A stretch of DNA of 64,000 bases, from NCBI RefSeq assembly GCF_013122565.1, contig NZ_CP053258.1; one strand, written 5' to 3'. Below, piece after piece: positions 21,509 through 32,772 of this stretch; positions within the stretch are counted from its first letter, which is position 1; each line of letters begins with the position of its first letter. Source of the stretch: Escherichia coli (GTDB taxonomy: Bacteria > Pseudomonadota > Gammaproteobacteria > Enterobacterales > Enterobacteriaceae). The notes below the pieces were generated by a model. The model was not told the origin of the DNA and made no database searches. It saw only the letters and a program-made list of their open reading frames with translations. The translations under genes and the position numbers were made by a program.

Positions 21509-22435
21509 ATGGAACTTCGCCAGTTACGTTATTTTGTCCGTATTGTGGAAACCGGCAGTATGGGCAGCGCGGCGCTTGATCTCGACATCGGTGTCTCAGC
21601 GCTCAGTCAACAGATGACAAGGCTGGAAAATGAACTCGCCATTCGTCTGTTGCAACGAACCTCGCGTGGCGTAACGCCAACTAACTCGGGTCTGGCCTTT
21701 TACTCACAGGCACAGCTGGCGTTGCGTCATGCTGATGATGCCATTCTTGCTGCGCGCGATGCACGTCTGTCAGGACACGTCAGCGTCGGTATGGCCCCCA
21801 GTACAGCCTCCGTCCTGGGGGTGCCGTTTATTCATGCCATGCGGGCACATTACGCCGACGTTCGCCTGCATGTGGTGGAAAGCCTGTCAGGTAATCTGGA
21901 ACGGATGATCAACACCCGTCAGATTGATCTGGCCGTTGTTTTTCGGAAAGAAAAGCACCTGCGCTGGAGCGCCAGGCCAGTTCTCGAAGAGCAGCTTTTT
22001 CTGATTGGCACACATGATCTGCTGACGGATATTCCGGATGACACCATAACCCCTGCTCAACTGACGAATATTCCCCTGATCATGCCAAGCTCAGGCCACG
22101 GCTTGCGCGGCCTACTGGAGGCTATTTGTCAGGAACACGGGCTGAAGGTTGATATCGCCACGGAAATTGATGGCCTGACGTTACTGATGCGCGCCGTTGG
22201 CAGCGGACTCGGTGCAACATTACAACCCGGAGCAGCCATTTCGCATCTTGAGGGTGAAGCATTAAGAGTGATCGGCATCCATAATCCCATACTCAGCCGC
22301 CCCAATTTTCTGGTCAGCCTATCGGACGATGAACTCCCGCCCGCCGCTCTTGCAGCCCGCGTGATACTTACAAAAGTCATGCGTAAACTTGTTGAAATCG
22401 GCCATTGGCCGGGCGCAACCATTTACGCTCCCTAA
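21509..22435 (+). CDS. tcuR: LysR-family regulator, TcuR-like
   Basis: 308-aa ORF with a LysR HTH (MELRQLRYFVRIVETGSMGSAALDL...) immediately upstream of tcuABC. Confidence 0.8.
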   Translation: MELRQLRYFVRIVETGSMGSAALDLDIGVSALSQQMTRLENELAIRLLQRTSRGVTPTNSGLAFYSQAQLALRHADDAILAARDARLSGHVSVGMAPSTASVLGVPFIHAMRAHYADVRLHVVESLSGNLERMINTRQIDLAVVFRKEKHLRWSARPVLEEQLFLIGTHDLLTDIPDDTITPAQLTNIPLIMPSSGHGLRGLLEAICQEHGLKVDIATEIDGLTLLMRAVGSGLGATLQPGAAISHLEGEALRVIGIHNPILSRPNFLVSLSDDELPPAALAARVILTKVMRKLVEIGHWPGATIYAP

Positions 22436-22532
22436 ACCCCCCTTTAGTTATTCGTTATAGCGCTTACACAACACACGAACATACACTTCATTTACAAATT
22501 TAACAGATGGTTAAAAGGTAGTGGAGTAGACG

Positions 22533-23936
22533 ATGGTTGATGTACTGGTGATTGGCGGTGGTAATGCCGCGCTATGCGCCGCCTTAACCGCTCGTGAGGC
22601 AGGAGCTTCCGTGCTGCTGTTAGAGGCTGCGCCTAGGGAATGGCGCGGCGGGAATTCCCAACACACGCGCAATTTACGCTGTATGCACGATGCACCACAG
22701 GATGTGCTGGTCGAGAGTTATCCCGAAGAGGAATTCTGGCAGGATCTCTGGCGTGTCACCGAAGGCAATACCAATGAAGCGTTGGCGCGCTTGGTGATTC
22801 GAACCTCTTCCCAGTGTCGTGACTGGATGCGTCAGCATGGGGTTAATTTTCAGCCTCCGCTTTCCGGCGCGCTGCATGTGGCGCGCACCAATGCCTTCTT
22901 CATGGGCGGTGGTAAAGCCCTCGTGAACGCCTATTACCGCAGTGCAGAAAAGCTGGGGGTACAGATTCGCTACAGCACGCCGGTACAGGCGCTTGAATTG
23001 CACAACGGCAAATTCGTCGCAGCCCTGGCAGGTCACGAACGCATTGAGGCGAAAGCCTGCGTACTCGCCGCCGGCGGGTTTGAATCCAACCGCGAATGGC
23101 TACGCGACGCCTGGGGAGAGAACGCACGTGGCGAATGGCCAGCCGATAATTTCCTCATTCGCGGCACCCGCTTTAATCAGGGCGTCTTGCTCAAATTTAT
23201 GATCAATGCCGGGGCAGACATTATCGGTGATCCGTCTCAGTCCCATTGTGTGGCGATTGATGCACGGGCACCGTTGTACGACGGCGGCATTTGTACCCGC
23301 GTGGATTGTGTCTCACTGGGTGTGGTAGTCAACCGGGATGCAGAACGCTTTTACGATGAAGGGGAAGATTTTTGGCCGAAACGCTATGCCATCTGGGGAC
23401 GTCTGGTTGCCCACCAACCGGGGCAGATTGGCTACTCCATTATCGACAGCAAAGCGATCGGCCACTTTATGCCGCCAGTTTTCCCCGGCGCACAGGCCAA
23501 TACGCTAAGAGATCTGGCCCGCCAGTTGGGGCTGGATCCCGAACACTTTACCCACACCGTGGAACACTTCAATCAGGCCTGTCAGCTGGGTCAGTTTGAT
23601 CACACGAAGCTGGACAACTGCGCGACGCAGGGCCTGATTCCACCGAAAACCCACTGGGCGCGGCCTATTGATACGCCCCCCTACTACGGTTATGCCCTGC
23701 GACCAGGAATCACCTTTACCTATCTCGGGCTGAAAGTAAATGAACACGCTGCGGTTCATTTCGCAGGCACCCCCAGCCCTAACCTGTTCGTTGCCGGTGA
23801 AATGATGGCAGGCAATGTACTGGGTAAGGGCTATACCGCCGGGGTCGGGATGTCCATTGGCACCACGTTTGGTCGCATCGCTGGTAAAGAAGCCGCTCAG
23901 GCAGCACGCAAGGAGACGCATCATGAAGCAGCTTGA
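22533..23936 (+). CDS. tcuA: Tricarballylate dehydrogenase TcuA (FAD-dependent)
   Basis: 467-aa ORF with an N-terminal FAD-binding motif ([17 protein letters not shown]); followed by tcuB and tcuC. Confidence 0.85.
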   Translation: MVDVLVIGGGNAALCAALTAREAGASVLLLEAAPREWRGGNSQHTRNLRCMHDAPQDVLVESYPEEEFWQDLWRVTEGNTNEALARLVIRTSSQCRDWMRQHGVNFQPPLSGALHVARTNAFFMGGGKALVNAYYRSAEKLGVQIRYSTPVQALELHNGKFVAALAGHERIEAKACVLAAGGFESNREWLRDAWGENARGEWPADNFLIRGTRFNQGVLLKFMINAGADIIGDPSQSHCVAIDARAPLYDGGICTRVDCVSLGVVVNRDAERFYDEGEDFWPKRYAIWGRLVAHQPGQIGYSIIDSKAIGHFMPPVFPGAQANTLRDLARQLGLDPEHFTHTVEHFNQACQLGQFDHTKLDNCATQGLIPPKTHWARPIDTPPYYGYALRPGITFTYLGLKVNEHAAVHFAGTPSPNLFVAGEMMAGNVLGKGYTAGVGMSIGTTFGRIAGKEAAQAARKETHHEAA

Positions 23937-25062
23937 AAAGTTGATTATCGAGGCCAAAATTCTCACCGAACCAGAGGCTGAAGTCGAGCGGGTGATGCAT
24001 GTGTGTAACGCATGTCGCTATTGCGAAGGATTTTGCGCCGTGTTCCCGGCAATGACTCAACGACTGGAATTTGGCAAAGCCGACATTAACTATCTGGCAA
24101 ATCTGTGCCATAACTGCGGCGCTTGCCTACACGCCTGCCAGTATGCTCCCCCCCATGAGTTTGGGATCAACGTGCCGAAAGCAATGGCAGAGGTACGTCT
24201 GGAAACTTATCAACAGTACGCGCAACCGGCGGTCTTCGGGGCGCTGTATCGCCGGGCTGGCGTCACCGTGACGCTGGCACTGGTCTTAAGTATGTTCCTC
24301 TTTTTACTCCTGGCGATGGGGCTGAAGGGATCGCTGCTCCACCCACCGCTGGCCGGTGATTTCTACCAAATCTTCCCGCACAACCTGCTGGCCTGGATGT
24401 TTGGATCGGTATTCATTCTGGCTATTGGTTTACTGATGGTAGGGGTGATCCGCTTCTGGCGCGAGATTTCTCCCGTCGGGCCGCGCCCAGCGGAAATTGC
24501 CGAAGCGTCGAGCAACGCGCTAACGCTAAAATATCTTGACGGCGGACATGGCAAAGGGTGCAACGAAGCGGACGATGCTTTCACATTGATGCGTCGTCGT
24601 TTCCACCATTTCACCTTCTACGGCTTTATGCTCTGTTTCGCCGCGACCATGGTGGCGACGGGTTACCACTACTTTGCTAGTTGGGAAGCCCCCTACCCAT
24701 TCTTCAGTGTGCCGGTCATGCTTGGCACGTTAGGAGGAGTCGGTTTAATCGTAGGCCCGGCAGGCCTGCTGTGGTTAAACCTTAAGCGCTCGCCACTGCA
24801 TGGCGATGCGCGACAGAAACCGATGGATCGGGGATTTATTTTACTACTGCTCCTGACCAGCCTCACCGGTTTAGGTTTGCTGGTGGGAAGAGATACCTCA
24901 TGGATGGGGATCCTGCTTGCCATCCATCTTGGCGTGGTCATGGCGCTTTTTTTAACAATTCCGTACGGAAAATTTGCCCACGGATTTTACCGCTGCGCGT
25001 CTTTACTCAAATGGGCGATCGAGAAGCGACGTGGAAAACAGGCGGGGGTCGCAAGCGACTGA
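23923..25062 (+). CDS. tcuB: Tricarballylate utilisation protein TcuB (membrane Fe-S protein)
   Basis: 379 aa from ATG 23923 ([12 protein letters not shown]...), which overlaps the tcuA stop. Two Cys clusters ([22 protein letters not shown]) plus hydrophobic segments. Confidence 0.82.
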   Translation: MKQLEKLIIEAKILTEPEAEVERVMHVCNACRYCEGFCAVFPAMTQRLEFGKADINYLANLCHNCGACLHACQYAPPHEFGINVPKAMAEVRLETYQQYAQPAVFGALYRRAGVTVTLALVLSMFLFLLLAMGLKGSLLHPPLAGDFYQIFPHNLLAWMFGSVFILAIGLLMVGVIRFWREISPVGPRPAEIAEASSNALTLKYLDGGHGKGCNEADDAFTLMRRRFHHFTFYGFMLCFAATMVATGYHYFASWEAPYPFFSVPVMLGTLGGVGLIVGPAGLLWLNLKRSPLHGDARQKPMDRGFILLLLLTSLTGLGLLVGRDTSWMGILLAIHLGVVMALFLTIPYGKFAHGFYRCASLLKWAIEKRRGKQAGVASD

Positions 25063-25116
25063 CCCGCACACTCTTACCTCTATACATAATTATGATAAGG
25101 CAATGGAGCAACCTCA

Positions 25117-26412
25117 ATGACTCAACAACCATCGCGTACCGGCACGTTCGGCGCAATACTCCGTGTTACCAGCGGTAATTTTCTCGAACAGTTCGATTTT
25201 TTCCTGTTTGGTTTTTACGCTACTTATATCGCAAAGACGTTTTTTCCTGCCGAAAGTGAGTTTGCCGCATTAATGCTTACTTTTGCCGTTTTTGGCTCCG
25301 GCTTTTTAATGCGCCCTATCGGGGCCGTGGTATTGGGTGCATATATCGACAGAATTGGGCGACGGAAAGGGCTGATGGTTACCCTGGCGATTATGGGCTG
25401 CGGCACGATGCTCATCGCCCTCGTTCCGGGTTATCAGACTATCGGCCTGCTGGCCCCTGTACTGGTCCTGGTGGGGCGTCTGCTACAGGGATTTTCTGCT
25501 GGAGTCGAACTGGGCGGCGTCTCTGTTTATCTTTCTGAGATCGCCACACCAGGCAATAAAGGCTTTTATACCAGTTGGCAATCGGCCAGCCAGCAGGTGG
25601 CGATTGTGGTCGCCGCGCTGATCGGGTACGGTCTGAATGCCACGCTGGGACACGATGAAATCTCCGAATGGGGTTGGCGAATACCGTTCTTCATTGGCTG
25701 CATGATTATTCCGCTGATTTTTGTTCTGCGACGTTCGCTTCAGGAAACTGAAACCTTTTTACAGCGTAAACACCGTCCGGACACCCGGGAAATTTTTACC
25801 ACCATTGCTAAAAACTGGCGTATTATCACTGCGGGAACCCTGCTGGTGGCGATGACGACCACGACATTTTATTTTATTACCGTCTATACCCCCACTTACG
25901 GGAGAACGGTGTTGAACCTGAGCGCACGTGATAGTCTGATCGTCACTATGCTGGTAGGGATTTCTAACTTTATATGGCTGCCGATTGGCGGCGCGATCTC
26001 TGACCGGATTGGGCGTCTCCCGGTGCTAATGGGCATCACCTTACTCGCCATCGTCACCACCTGGCCGGTGATGCACTGGCTTACCGCTGCACCTGACGTC
26101 ACCCGCATGACACTGGTGCTGCTCTGGTTCTCGTTCTTTTTTGGGATGTATAACGGTGCAATGGTAGCAGCCCTGACAGAAGTGATGCCGGTTTATGTCC
26201 GAACCGTGGGTTTTTCGCTGGCCTTTAGTCTCGCCACGGCGATTTTCGGCGGCCTGACACCAGCCATCTCCACTGCATTGGTCCAGTTGACAGGCGATAA
26301 AAGTTCTCCTGGATGGTGGCTAATGTGCGCTGCGCTGTGCGGGCTCGCCGCGACGACAATACTGTTTGCTCGTCTCAGTAGTGGTTATCAGACAGTAAAA
26401 AATAAGCTCTGA
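25117..26412 (+). CDS. tcuC: Tricarballylate/citrate MFS transporter TcuC
   Basis: 431-aa MFS-type ORF downstream of tcuAB. Confidence 0.82.
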   Translation: MTQQPSRTGTFGAILRVTSGNFLEQFDFFLFGFYATYIAKTFFPAESEFAALMLTFAVFGSGFLMRPIGAVVLGAYIDRIGRRKGLMVTLAIMGCGTMLIALVPGYQTIGLLAPVLVLVGRLLQGFSAGVELGGVSVYLSEIATPGNKGFYTSWQSASQQVAIVVAALIGYGLNATLGHDEISEWGWRIPFFIGCMIIPLIFVLRRSLQETETFLQRKHRPDTREIFTTIAKNWRIITAGTLLVAMTTTTFYFITVYTPTYGRTVLNLSARDSLIVTMLVGISNFIWLPIGGAISDRIGRLPVLMGITLLAIVTTWPVMHWLTAAPDVTRMTLVLLWFSFFFGMYNGAMVAALTEVMPVYVRTVGFSLAFSLATAIFGGLTPAISTALVQLTGDKSSPGWWLMCAALCGLAATTILFARLSSGYQTVKNKL

Positions 26413-26418
26413 AACGCA

Positions 26419-26450
26419 AGCAGGCAGAGATATATGTCTGCCTGCTTTCT
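26419..26450 (+). terminator. Terminator-like hairpin after tcuC
   Basis: AGCAGGCAGA / TCTGCCTGCT 10-bp stem, 8-nt loop, followed by TTCT. Confidence 0.5.
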
Positions 26451-26639
26451 CCAGTGCGCCGTAAACCGTGGGCAGCGTGGCACGGGAGTTACGTCACCGG
26501 GCTCTATGCCAACAGTTCAGTGAGTTCGCCGGCGCATCGATGGCTGGTTATGCCAGCAATGTTCAGAGGGAAGAATATTCGTGTGATCATAGCTTGCTTA
26601 TTCCTTGCCTGGGTTAAATTTTCAGACGGCTCAATCCAT

Positions 26640-26892
26640 AAAACCGGTGACTGGGATTAACGTAAGTACGCCCTCTTTCCATCAACACTTCAGGCAGCTT
26701 GCGGGAATGAGTCCACTCCGGTATCAGAAATGACTATGCCTCAGAAGACAGGCGACTAACGATGTCACCACAGCAGCCTATACTGTCGGTTACGAAAGCT
26801 TATCCCATTTCAGTCGGGAATATTCGCGGATGTTTGGAGAGTCACCTAAGAGAGATATTGCCAGATTAAGAAAGTCTGTCGATCAGCTTTAA
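26640..26892 (+). pseudogene. yneL: Decayed AraC-family regulator remnant (yneL-like)
   Basis: Translation gives ...[77 protein letters not shown]. Both AraC-type HTH signatures are present, but an in-frame TGA interrupts them and the inter-helix spacing is shortened. No intact N-terminal domain. Confidence 0.55.
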
Positions 26893-27325
26893 TAAACCCT
26901 GCATTTATCTGGTTAGAGCAATTTGGCGTTAGTTTCAGCAAGCAAACATTAACCATAGCTAATGATTTTTAGCTATATAAACCATTAGTAACTCTTGACC
27001 TTTCCTGACACTTCCCTTGTTCGCAATAATATTCTGTTTAGTCGCTGTTTATAAATAACATGCATAATGAAATCGTCATGTTATTTAGCGACATAAAATG
27101 TCTTTGCAAATACTCTCTTCAATAAGTGCAGCAATAAACTTGTTGTGGATAGGTGTCCTTGTGATTTAAAGATATTATCGTTCTTCGTGAAATGTAATAA
27201 CCCTGGAAACTATATTCTCAGGGCAACAGCCAATCAAGAATGATTCTTGTTTTATAAGCAATAACAGAATGACTTAATTGTTAACTCTCTTTATTCAGCT
27301 ACTTAAATGTAAATTTTGGAGAATT

Positions 27326-27889
27326 ATGAAACTCAAACATGTCGGTATGATTGTCGTTTCTGTGTTGGCGATGTCGTCTGCTGCGGTAAGTGCAGCCGAG
27401 GGTGATGAATCAGTAACGACCACTGTTAATGGCGGTGTTATTCATTTTAAAGGTGAAGTGGTAAATGCCGCTTGTGCGATTGATTCAGAATCAATGAACC
27501 AAACGGTTGAACTGGGGCAGGTCCGTTCTTCTCGCCTGGCTAAAGCGGGTGACCTCAGCTCCGCCGTTGGCTTCAATATCAAGCTGAATGATTGTGATAC
27601 CAATGTTTCCAGTAATGCAGCTGTTGCATTCCTGGGTACTACTGTCACCAGTAATGACGATACGTTAGCGCTGCAGAGTTCAGCGGCAGGCTCTGCCCAA
27701 AATGTCGGTATCCAAATTTTGGACCGTACGGGGGAGGTATTAATACTTGATGGTGCCACTTTTAGCGCTAAAACTGACTTGATTGATGGCACGAATATAC
27801 TGCCGTTCCAGGCTCGTTATATTGCTCTCGGGCAGTCAGTAGCTGGTACTGCAAACGCAGATGCGACCTTCAAAGTTCAATATCTATAA
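27326..27889 (+). CDS. fmlA: F9 (Fml) fimbrial major subunit, FimA-like
   Basis: 187 aa from ATG 27326 with RBS GGAG at 27318-27321; signal peptide and pilin-like C-terminus. First gene of a chaperone-usher operon. Confidence 0.8.
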   Translation: MKLKHVGMIVVSVLAMSSAAVSAAEGDESVTTTVNGGVIHFKGEVVNAACAIDSESMNQTVELGQVRSSRLAKAGDLSSAVGFNIKLNDCDTNVSSNAAVAFLGTTVTSNDDTLALQSSAAGSAQNVGIQILDRTGEVLILDGATFSAKTDLIDGTNILPFQARYIALGQSVAGTANADATFKVQYL

Positions 27890-27930
27890 TTCTATCTTAA
27901 GGTGGCTATACGTCATCTGAAAATGAAACA

Positions 27931-27959
27931 GGGTGTGTGTGGCATGGCTACGCACACCC
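27931..27959 (+). other. Imperfect hairpin (GGGTGTG...CACACCC) in the intergenic region after the major-subunit gene
   Basis: Read directly. Its position resembles the intra-operon attenuating stem-loops of fimbrial operons; that role is inference. Confidence 0.3.
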
Positions 27960-28240
27960 GAGCAATTCACCAATGTGAATCTCATTATTAATGAGGAGTG
28001 GTTTGTATTTGGAGCGGTATGAAAAAATCACATAATATCTAAACGATTAATAAACAACAGTAGTTGAACTTACTGTTATTTAAAATATTTACTTAGTAGC
28101 AAGGTTTTCCTATTAAAAGAGAACCAACATTTGTTACAAACGCATTAAGTCTGGAAACCCGGCGACTCGCAATGTATTAGCAACATTTACCGATTGTCTG
28201 ATGTAACGGTTTCCCCGCTTATCCTCTTAACACATGGAGA

Positions 28241-28960
28241 ATGCATCAGATGCAAACTACGCGTACCCCCTACTCTGTTTCCGTTATGGCGACAGTGTTA
28301 CTTTTATTGCTCTTTGCTTGCCATAGCACCGTTGCCAACGCAGCTGTCGCACTTGGTGCGACGCGGGTAATTTATCCGGCAAACCAGAAACAGGTTTTAT
28401 TGCCTGTCACGAATAATGATCCTGCCAGTGTCTATCTCATTCAGTCATGGATAGAAAATGCGGGTGACCAAAAAGACACCCAGTTTGTCATTACCCCACC
28501 ACTTTTTTCCATGCAAGGTAAAAAAGAGAATACGCTGCGGATAATCAACGCCACTAATCATCAGTTACCAGACGACCGTGAAAGCCTGTTCTGGGTTAAT
28601 GTCAAAGCTATTCCTGCTATGGAAAAAGACCAGAAGAATGAGAATACATTACAGCTGGCAATTATTAGCCGCATAAAAATGTTTTATCGCCCCACGAACC
28701 TGGCAATGGCACCTGAAGAAGCGCCTGCAATGCTTCGGTTTCGCCGCAGCGGTAGCAAACTCACTCTTATAAATCCAACGCCCTACTTCATTACCGTAAC
28801 AAATATGAAAGCAGGAAATAGCAATCTCCCAAACACCATGGTGCCGCCAAAAGGTGAAGTATCGGTGGATATCCCGCATGCTGCAACCGGGGATATCAGT
28901 TTTCAAACGATCAATGATTACGGTGCATTAACTCCGCGTATTAAGGCAACCATGCAGTAA
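28241..28960 (+). CDS. Fimbrial periplasmic chaperone (FimC/PapD-like)
   Basis: 239-aa ORF with signal peptide and chaperone-like sequence (…RVIYPANQKQVLLPVTNNDPASVYLIQSWIEN...). Confidence 0.85.
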   Translation: MHQMQTTRTPYSVSVMATVLLLLLFACHSTVANAAVALGATRVIYPANQKQVLLPVTNNDPASVYLIQSWIENAGDQKDTQFVITPPLFSMQGKKENTLRIINATNHQLPDDRESLFWVNVKAIPAMEKDQKNENTLQLAIISRIKMFYRPTNLAMAPEEAPAMLRFRRSGSKLTLINPTPYFITVTNMKAGNSNLPNTMVPPKGEVSVDIPHAATGDISFQTINDYGALTPRIKATMQ

Positions 28961-29001
28961 GCCAGTAACCTAATTAATAATAAACTCAATCGGAATTAAT
29001 A

Positions 29002-31653
29002 ATGACAGCCTTTCGTGCCGCATTTAAGGCATATCGTATGCATCAGGTGTTACTACTGCCTCGCTTTGCACGGCTTACCATTGCCCTTGGCTTAGCAACT
29101 GCGGTATTTCCCGTTGACGCAGAGTATTATTTTAATCCACGGTTTTTAAGCAATGATCTTGCTGAATCTGTCGATTTATCCGCCTTTACTAAGGGACGCG
29201 AGGCACCACCTGGTACATATCGGGTCGACATTTATTTGAACGACGAATTTATGACCAGTCGGGATATTACTTTTATTACAGATGATAATAACGCAGCTCT
29301 CATCCCATGCCTGAGTACAGACCTTCTTGTCAGTCTTGGTATAAAAAAATCAGCGTTATTAGACAATAAGGGACATTCGGCAGAAAAACATGTGCCGGAC
29401 AACAGCGCATGCACACCACTTCAGGATCGTTTGGCTGACGCATCATCTGAGTTTGATGTTGGTCAGCAACATCTGTCACTCTCCGTTCCGCAAATTTATG
29501 TTGGCAGAATGGCTCGCGGCTATGTTTCTCCTGATCTGTGGGAAGAAGGAATAAATGCTGGGCTACTAAACTATAGTTTTAATGGTAATTCTATTAACAA
29601 TCGTAGTAACCATAATGCAGGAAAATCCAACTATGCATATTTGAATTTACAGAGTGGCATTAACATTGGTAGTTGGCGACTGCGCGATAACTCAACGTGG
29701 AGTTATAACAGTGGGAGTAGCAATTCATCTGACAGCAATAAATGGCAGCATATCAATACGTCGGCTGAACGTGACATTATTCCCTTACGCTCACGGTTAA
29801 CGGTGGGTGATAGTTATACCGATGGCGATATTTTTGATAGTGTGAACTTTCGTGGCCTCAAAATAAATTCAACAGAAGCAATGTTGCCCGATAGCCAACA
29901 TGGTTTCGCTCCGGTGATTCATGGTATTGCCCGTGGCACCGCACAAGTGAGTGTAAAACAGAACGGATACGATGTTTATCAGACTACTGTCCCACCCGGC
30001 CCTTTTACTATTGATGATATCAACTCTGCGGCCAATGGTGGTGATCTGCAAGTAACCATAAAAGAGGCAGACGGCAGTATTCAGACATTATATGTTCCTT
30101 ATTCGTCTGTTCCGGTTCTCCAACGTGCTGGATATACGCGTTATGCGCTTGCCATGGGGGAATATCGTAGTGGAAATGACCTGCAAAGCTCCCCCAAGTT
30201 CATACAAGGTAGCTTGATGCATGGACTGGAAGGAAACTGGACACCTTATGGCGGAATGCAAATTGCAGAAGATTATCAGGCCTTAAACCTTGGTATTGGT
30301 AAAGATTTAGGACTTTTTGGTGCCTTTTCTTTCGATATCACGCAGGCCAATACGACACTTGCAGATGGCACCCGTCACAGCGGGCAATCGGTTAAATCCG
30401 TCTACAGCAAATCCTTCTACCAGACGGGAACCAATATCCAGGTCGCAGGATATCGCTATTCTACGCAAGGTTTTTATAACTTATCCGACAGTGCCTACAG
30501 TCGAATGAGTGGTTACACCGTCAAGCCTCCTACCGGAGACAGCAATGAGCAGACACAATTTATTGATTATTTTAATCTGTTCTACAGTAAGCGTGGTCAG
30601 GAACAAATAAGCATCTCTCAGCAGCTTGGAAATTACGGTACGACATTTTTCAGTGCCAGTCGCCAAAGTTACTGGAACACGTCACGCAGCGACCAGCAAA
30701 TATCATTTGGGTTAAATGTGCCGTTTGGTGATATTACAACCTCGCTGAATTACAGCTATTCCAATAATATATGGCAAAACGATCGAGATCATTTACTCGC
30801 TTTTACGCTTAATATTCCCTTCAGTCATTGGATGCGTACAGACAGTCAGTCGGCATTTCGTAATTCAAACGCCAGTTACAGTATGTCAAACGATTTGAAA
30901 GGCGGCATGACCAATCTATCGGGGGTTTATGGCACTCTGCTGCCGGATAATAACCTGAATTATAGCGTTCAGGTCGGTAACACCCACGGGGGTAATACAT
31001 CGTCTGGCACCAGTGGTTACAGTTCTCTTAATTATCGTGGAGCTTACGGTAATACTAATGTCGGTTACAGTCGGAGTGGCGAAAGCAGCCAGATTTATTA
31101 TGGAATGAGTGGTGGCATTATTGCTCATGCTGATGGCATCACCTTTGGACAGCCGCTGGGCGACACAATGGTTCTGGTTAAGGCTCCTGGCGCTGATAAT
31201 GTCAAAATAGAGAACCAGACCGGAATTCATACTGACTGGCGTGGCTATGCCATATTACCATTTGCGACAGAATATAGAGAAAATCGTGTCGCTCTTAACG
31301 CGAATTCCCTGGCAGATAATGTTGAACTGGATGAAACCGTGGTCACTGTCATCCCAACTCACGGTGCTATTGCCAGAGCAACATTTAATGCACAAATCGG
31401 CGGGAAAGTATTAATGACGTTGAAGTACGGTAATAAGAGCGTTCCATTCGGTGCAATTGTCACTCACGGAGAGAATAAAAACGGCAGCATTGTCGCGGAA
31501 AACGGTCAGGTTTATCTGACTGGACTTCCACAGTCAGGGAAATTACAGGTTTCATGGGGCAAAGATAAAAACTCAAACTGTATTGTCGAGTACAAGCTTC
31601 CTGAAGTTTCTCCTGGTACCTTACTGAACCAGCAGACAGCAATCTGTCGCTAA
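29002..31653 (+). CDS. ydeT: Fimbrial outer-membrane usher (FimD-like), full length
   Basis: 883-aa ORF. In K-12, ydeT is only a C-terminal fragment; here it is intact. Confidence 0.85.
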   Translation: MTAFRAAFKAYRMHQVLLLPRFARLTIALGLATAVFPVDAEYYFNPRFLSNDLAESVDLSAFTKGREAPPGTYRVDIYLNDEFMTSRDITFITDDNNAALIPCLSTDLLVSLGIKKSALLDNKGHSAEKHVPDNSACTPLQDRLADASSEFDVGQQHLSLSVPQIYVGRMARGYVSPDLWEEGINAGLLNYSFNGNSINNRSNHNAGKSNYAYLNLQSGINIGSWRLRDNSTWSYNSGSSNSSDSNKWQHINTSAERDIIPLRSRLTVGDSYTDGDIFDSVNFRGLKINSTEAMLPDSQHGFAPVIHGIARGTAQVSVKQNGYDVYQTTVPPGPFTIDDINSAANGGDLQVTIKEADGSIQTLYVPYSSVPVLQRAGYTRYALAMGEYRSGNDLQSSPKFIQGSLMHGLEGNWTPYGGMQIAEDYQALNLGIGKDLGLFGAFSFDITQANTTLADGTRHSGQSVKSVYSKSFYQTGTNIQVAGYRYSTQGFYNLSDSAYSRMSGYTVKPPTGDSNEQTQFIDYFNLFYSKRGQEQISISQQLGNYGTTFFSASRQSYWNTSRSDQQISFGLNVPFGDITTSLNYSYSNNIWQNDRDHLLAFTLNIPFSHWMRTDSQSAFRNSNASYSMSNDLKGGMTNLSGVYGTLLPDNNLNYSVQVGNTHGGNTSSGTSGYSSLNYRGAYGNTNVGYSRSGESSQIYYGMSGGIIAHADGITFGQPLGDTMVLVKAPGADNVKIENQTGIHTDWRGYAILPFATEYRENRVALNANSLADNVELDETVVTVIPTHGAIARATFNAQIGGKVLMTLKYGNKSVPFGAIVTHGENKNGSIVAENGQVYLTGLPQSGKLQVSWGKDKNSNCIVEYKLPEVSPGTLLNQQTAICR

Positions 31654-31666
31654 GGAACAATAGATT

Positions 31667-32197
31667 ATGAAATACAATAACATTATTTTCCTCGGTTTAT
31701 GTCTGGGGTTAACCACCTATTCTGCTTTATCCGCAGATAGCGTTATTAAAATTAGCGGGCGCGTCCTCGATTATGGCTGCACAGTCTCATCGGATTCGCT
31801 TAATTTTACCGTAGATCTCCAAAAAAACAGTGCCAGACAATTTCCAACGACCGGTAGCACAAGTCCAGCCGTCCCTTTTCAGATTACGTTAAGTGAATGC
31901 AGCAAAGGGACAACGGGAGTTCGGGTTGCATTTAACGGTATTGAGGATGCAGAAAATAATACTCTGTTGAAACTGGATGAAGGGAGCAATACGGCCTCCG
32001 GTTTGGGTATAGAAATACTGGACGGAAATATGCGTCCGGTGAAATTGAATGACCTTCATGCCGGGATGCAGTGGATCCCACTGGTACCAGAACAGAACAA
32101 TGTTTTGCCTTACTCCGCTCGTTTGAAGTCAACTCAGAAGTCCGTCAATCCGGGACTGGTGAGCGCTTCGGCAACATTTACCCTTGAATTTCAATGA
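31667..32197 (+). CDS. ydeS: Fimbrial minor subunit YdeS
   Basis: 176-aa pilin-like ORF with signal peptide. Confidence 0.85.
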   Translation: MKYNNIIFLGLCLGLTTYSALSADSVIKISGRVLDYGCTVSSDSLNFTVDLQKNSARQFPTTGSTSPAVPFQITLSECSKGTTGVRVAFNGIEDAENNTLLKLDEGSNTASGLGIEILDGNMRPVKLNDLHAGMQWIPLVPEQNNVLPYSARLKSTQKSVNPGLVSASATFTLEFQ

Positions 32198-32209
32198 TCA
32201 GAGTCAGAT

Positions 32210-32713
32210 ATGAAAAGACTTCACAAGAGGTTCCTGTTAGCTACGTTTTGCGCGTTATTCACAGCAACTCTCCAGGCCGCCGATGTCACTATCACTGTTA
32301 ATGGTCGGGTAGTCGCTAAACCCTGCACTATTCAAACCAAAGAAGCTAACGTTAATCTCGGGGATCTTTATACACGCAATCTGCAACAACCTGGTTCTGC
32401 ATCAGGCTGGCACAATATTACTTTGTCATTAACCGATTGTCCGGTTGAAACAAGTGCAGTGACGGCAATCGTGACAGGTTCAACTGACAATACGGGTTAT
32501 TACAAAAATGAAGGTACTGCCGAAAATATTCAGATAGAGCTAAGGGATGACCAGGATGCGACGTTAAAAAATGGCGATAGCAAAACGGTTATTGTTGATG
32601 AGATCACTCGTAATGCACAGTTTCCACTTAAGGCAAGAGCTATCACGGTGAATGGAAACGCAAGCCAGGGAACGATCGAGGCGCTAATCAATGTGATCTA
32701 CACTTGGCAATAA
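32210..32713 (+). CDS. ydeR: Fimbrial minor subunit YdeR
   Basis: 167-aa pilin-like ORF with signal peptide. Confidence 0.85.
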   Translation: MKRLHKRFLLATFCALFTATLQAADVTITVNGRVVAKPCTIQTKEANVNLGDLYTRNLQQPGSASGWHNITLSLTDCPVETSAVTAIVTGSTDNTGYYKNEGTAENIQIELRDDQDATLKNGDSKTVIVDEITRNAQFPLKARAITVNGNASQGTIEALINVIYTWQ

Positions 32714-32772
32714 CGTCGATTCGATTTTCTTAGCCTCCTTTTTAAATCAATTTTTTAACCTTAGGATATATC

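Noticed and set aside
23815-23922. Extended 5' start for tcuB from the ORF track
   Set aside because: It would overlap tcuA by over 100 nt. The ATG at 23923 gives the expected 379-aa TcuB beginning MKQLEKL.
26454-26660. 68-aa plus-strand ORF between tcuC and fmlA
   Set aside because: It lies in the decayed yneL region and runs into the AraC-like remnant in another frame; more likely pseudogene debris than a gene.
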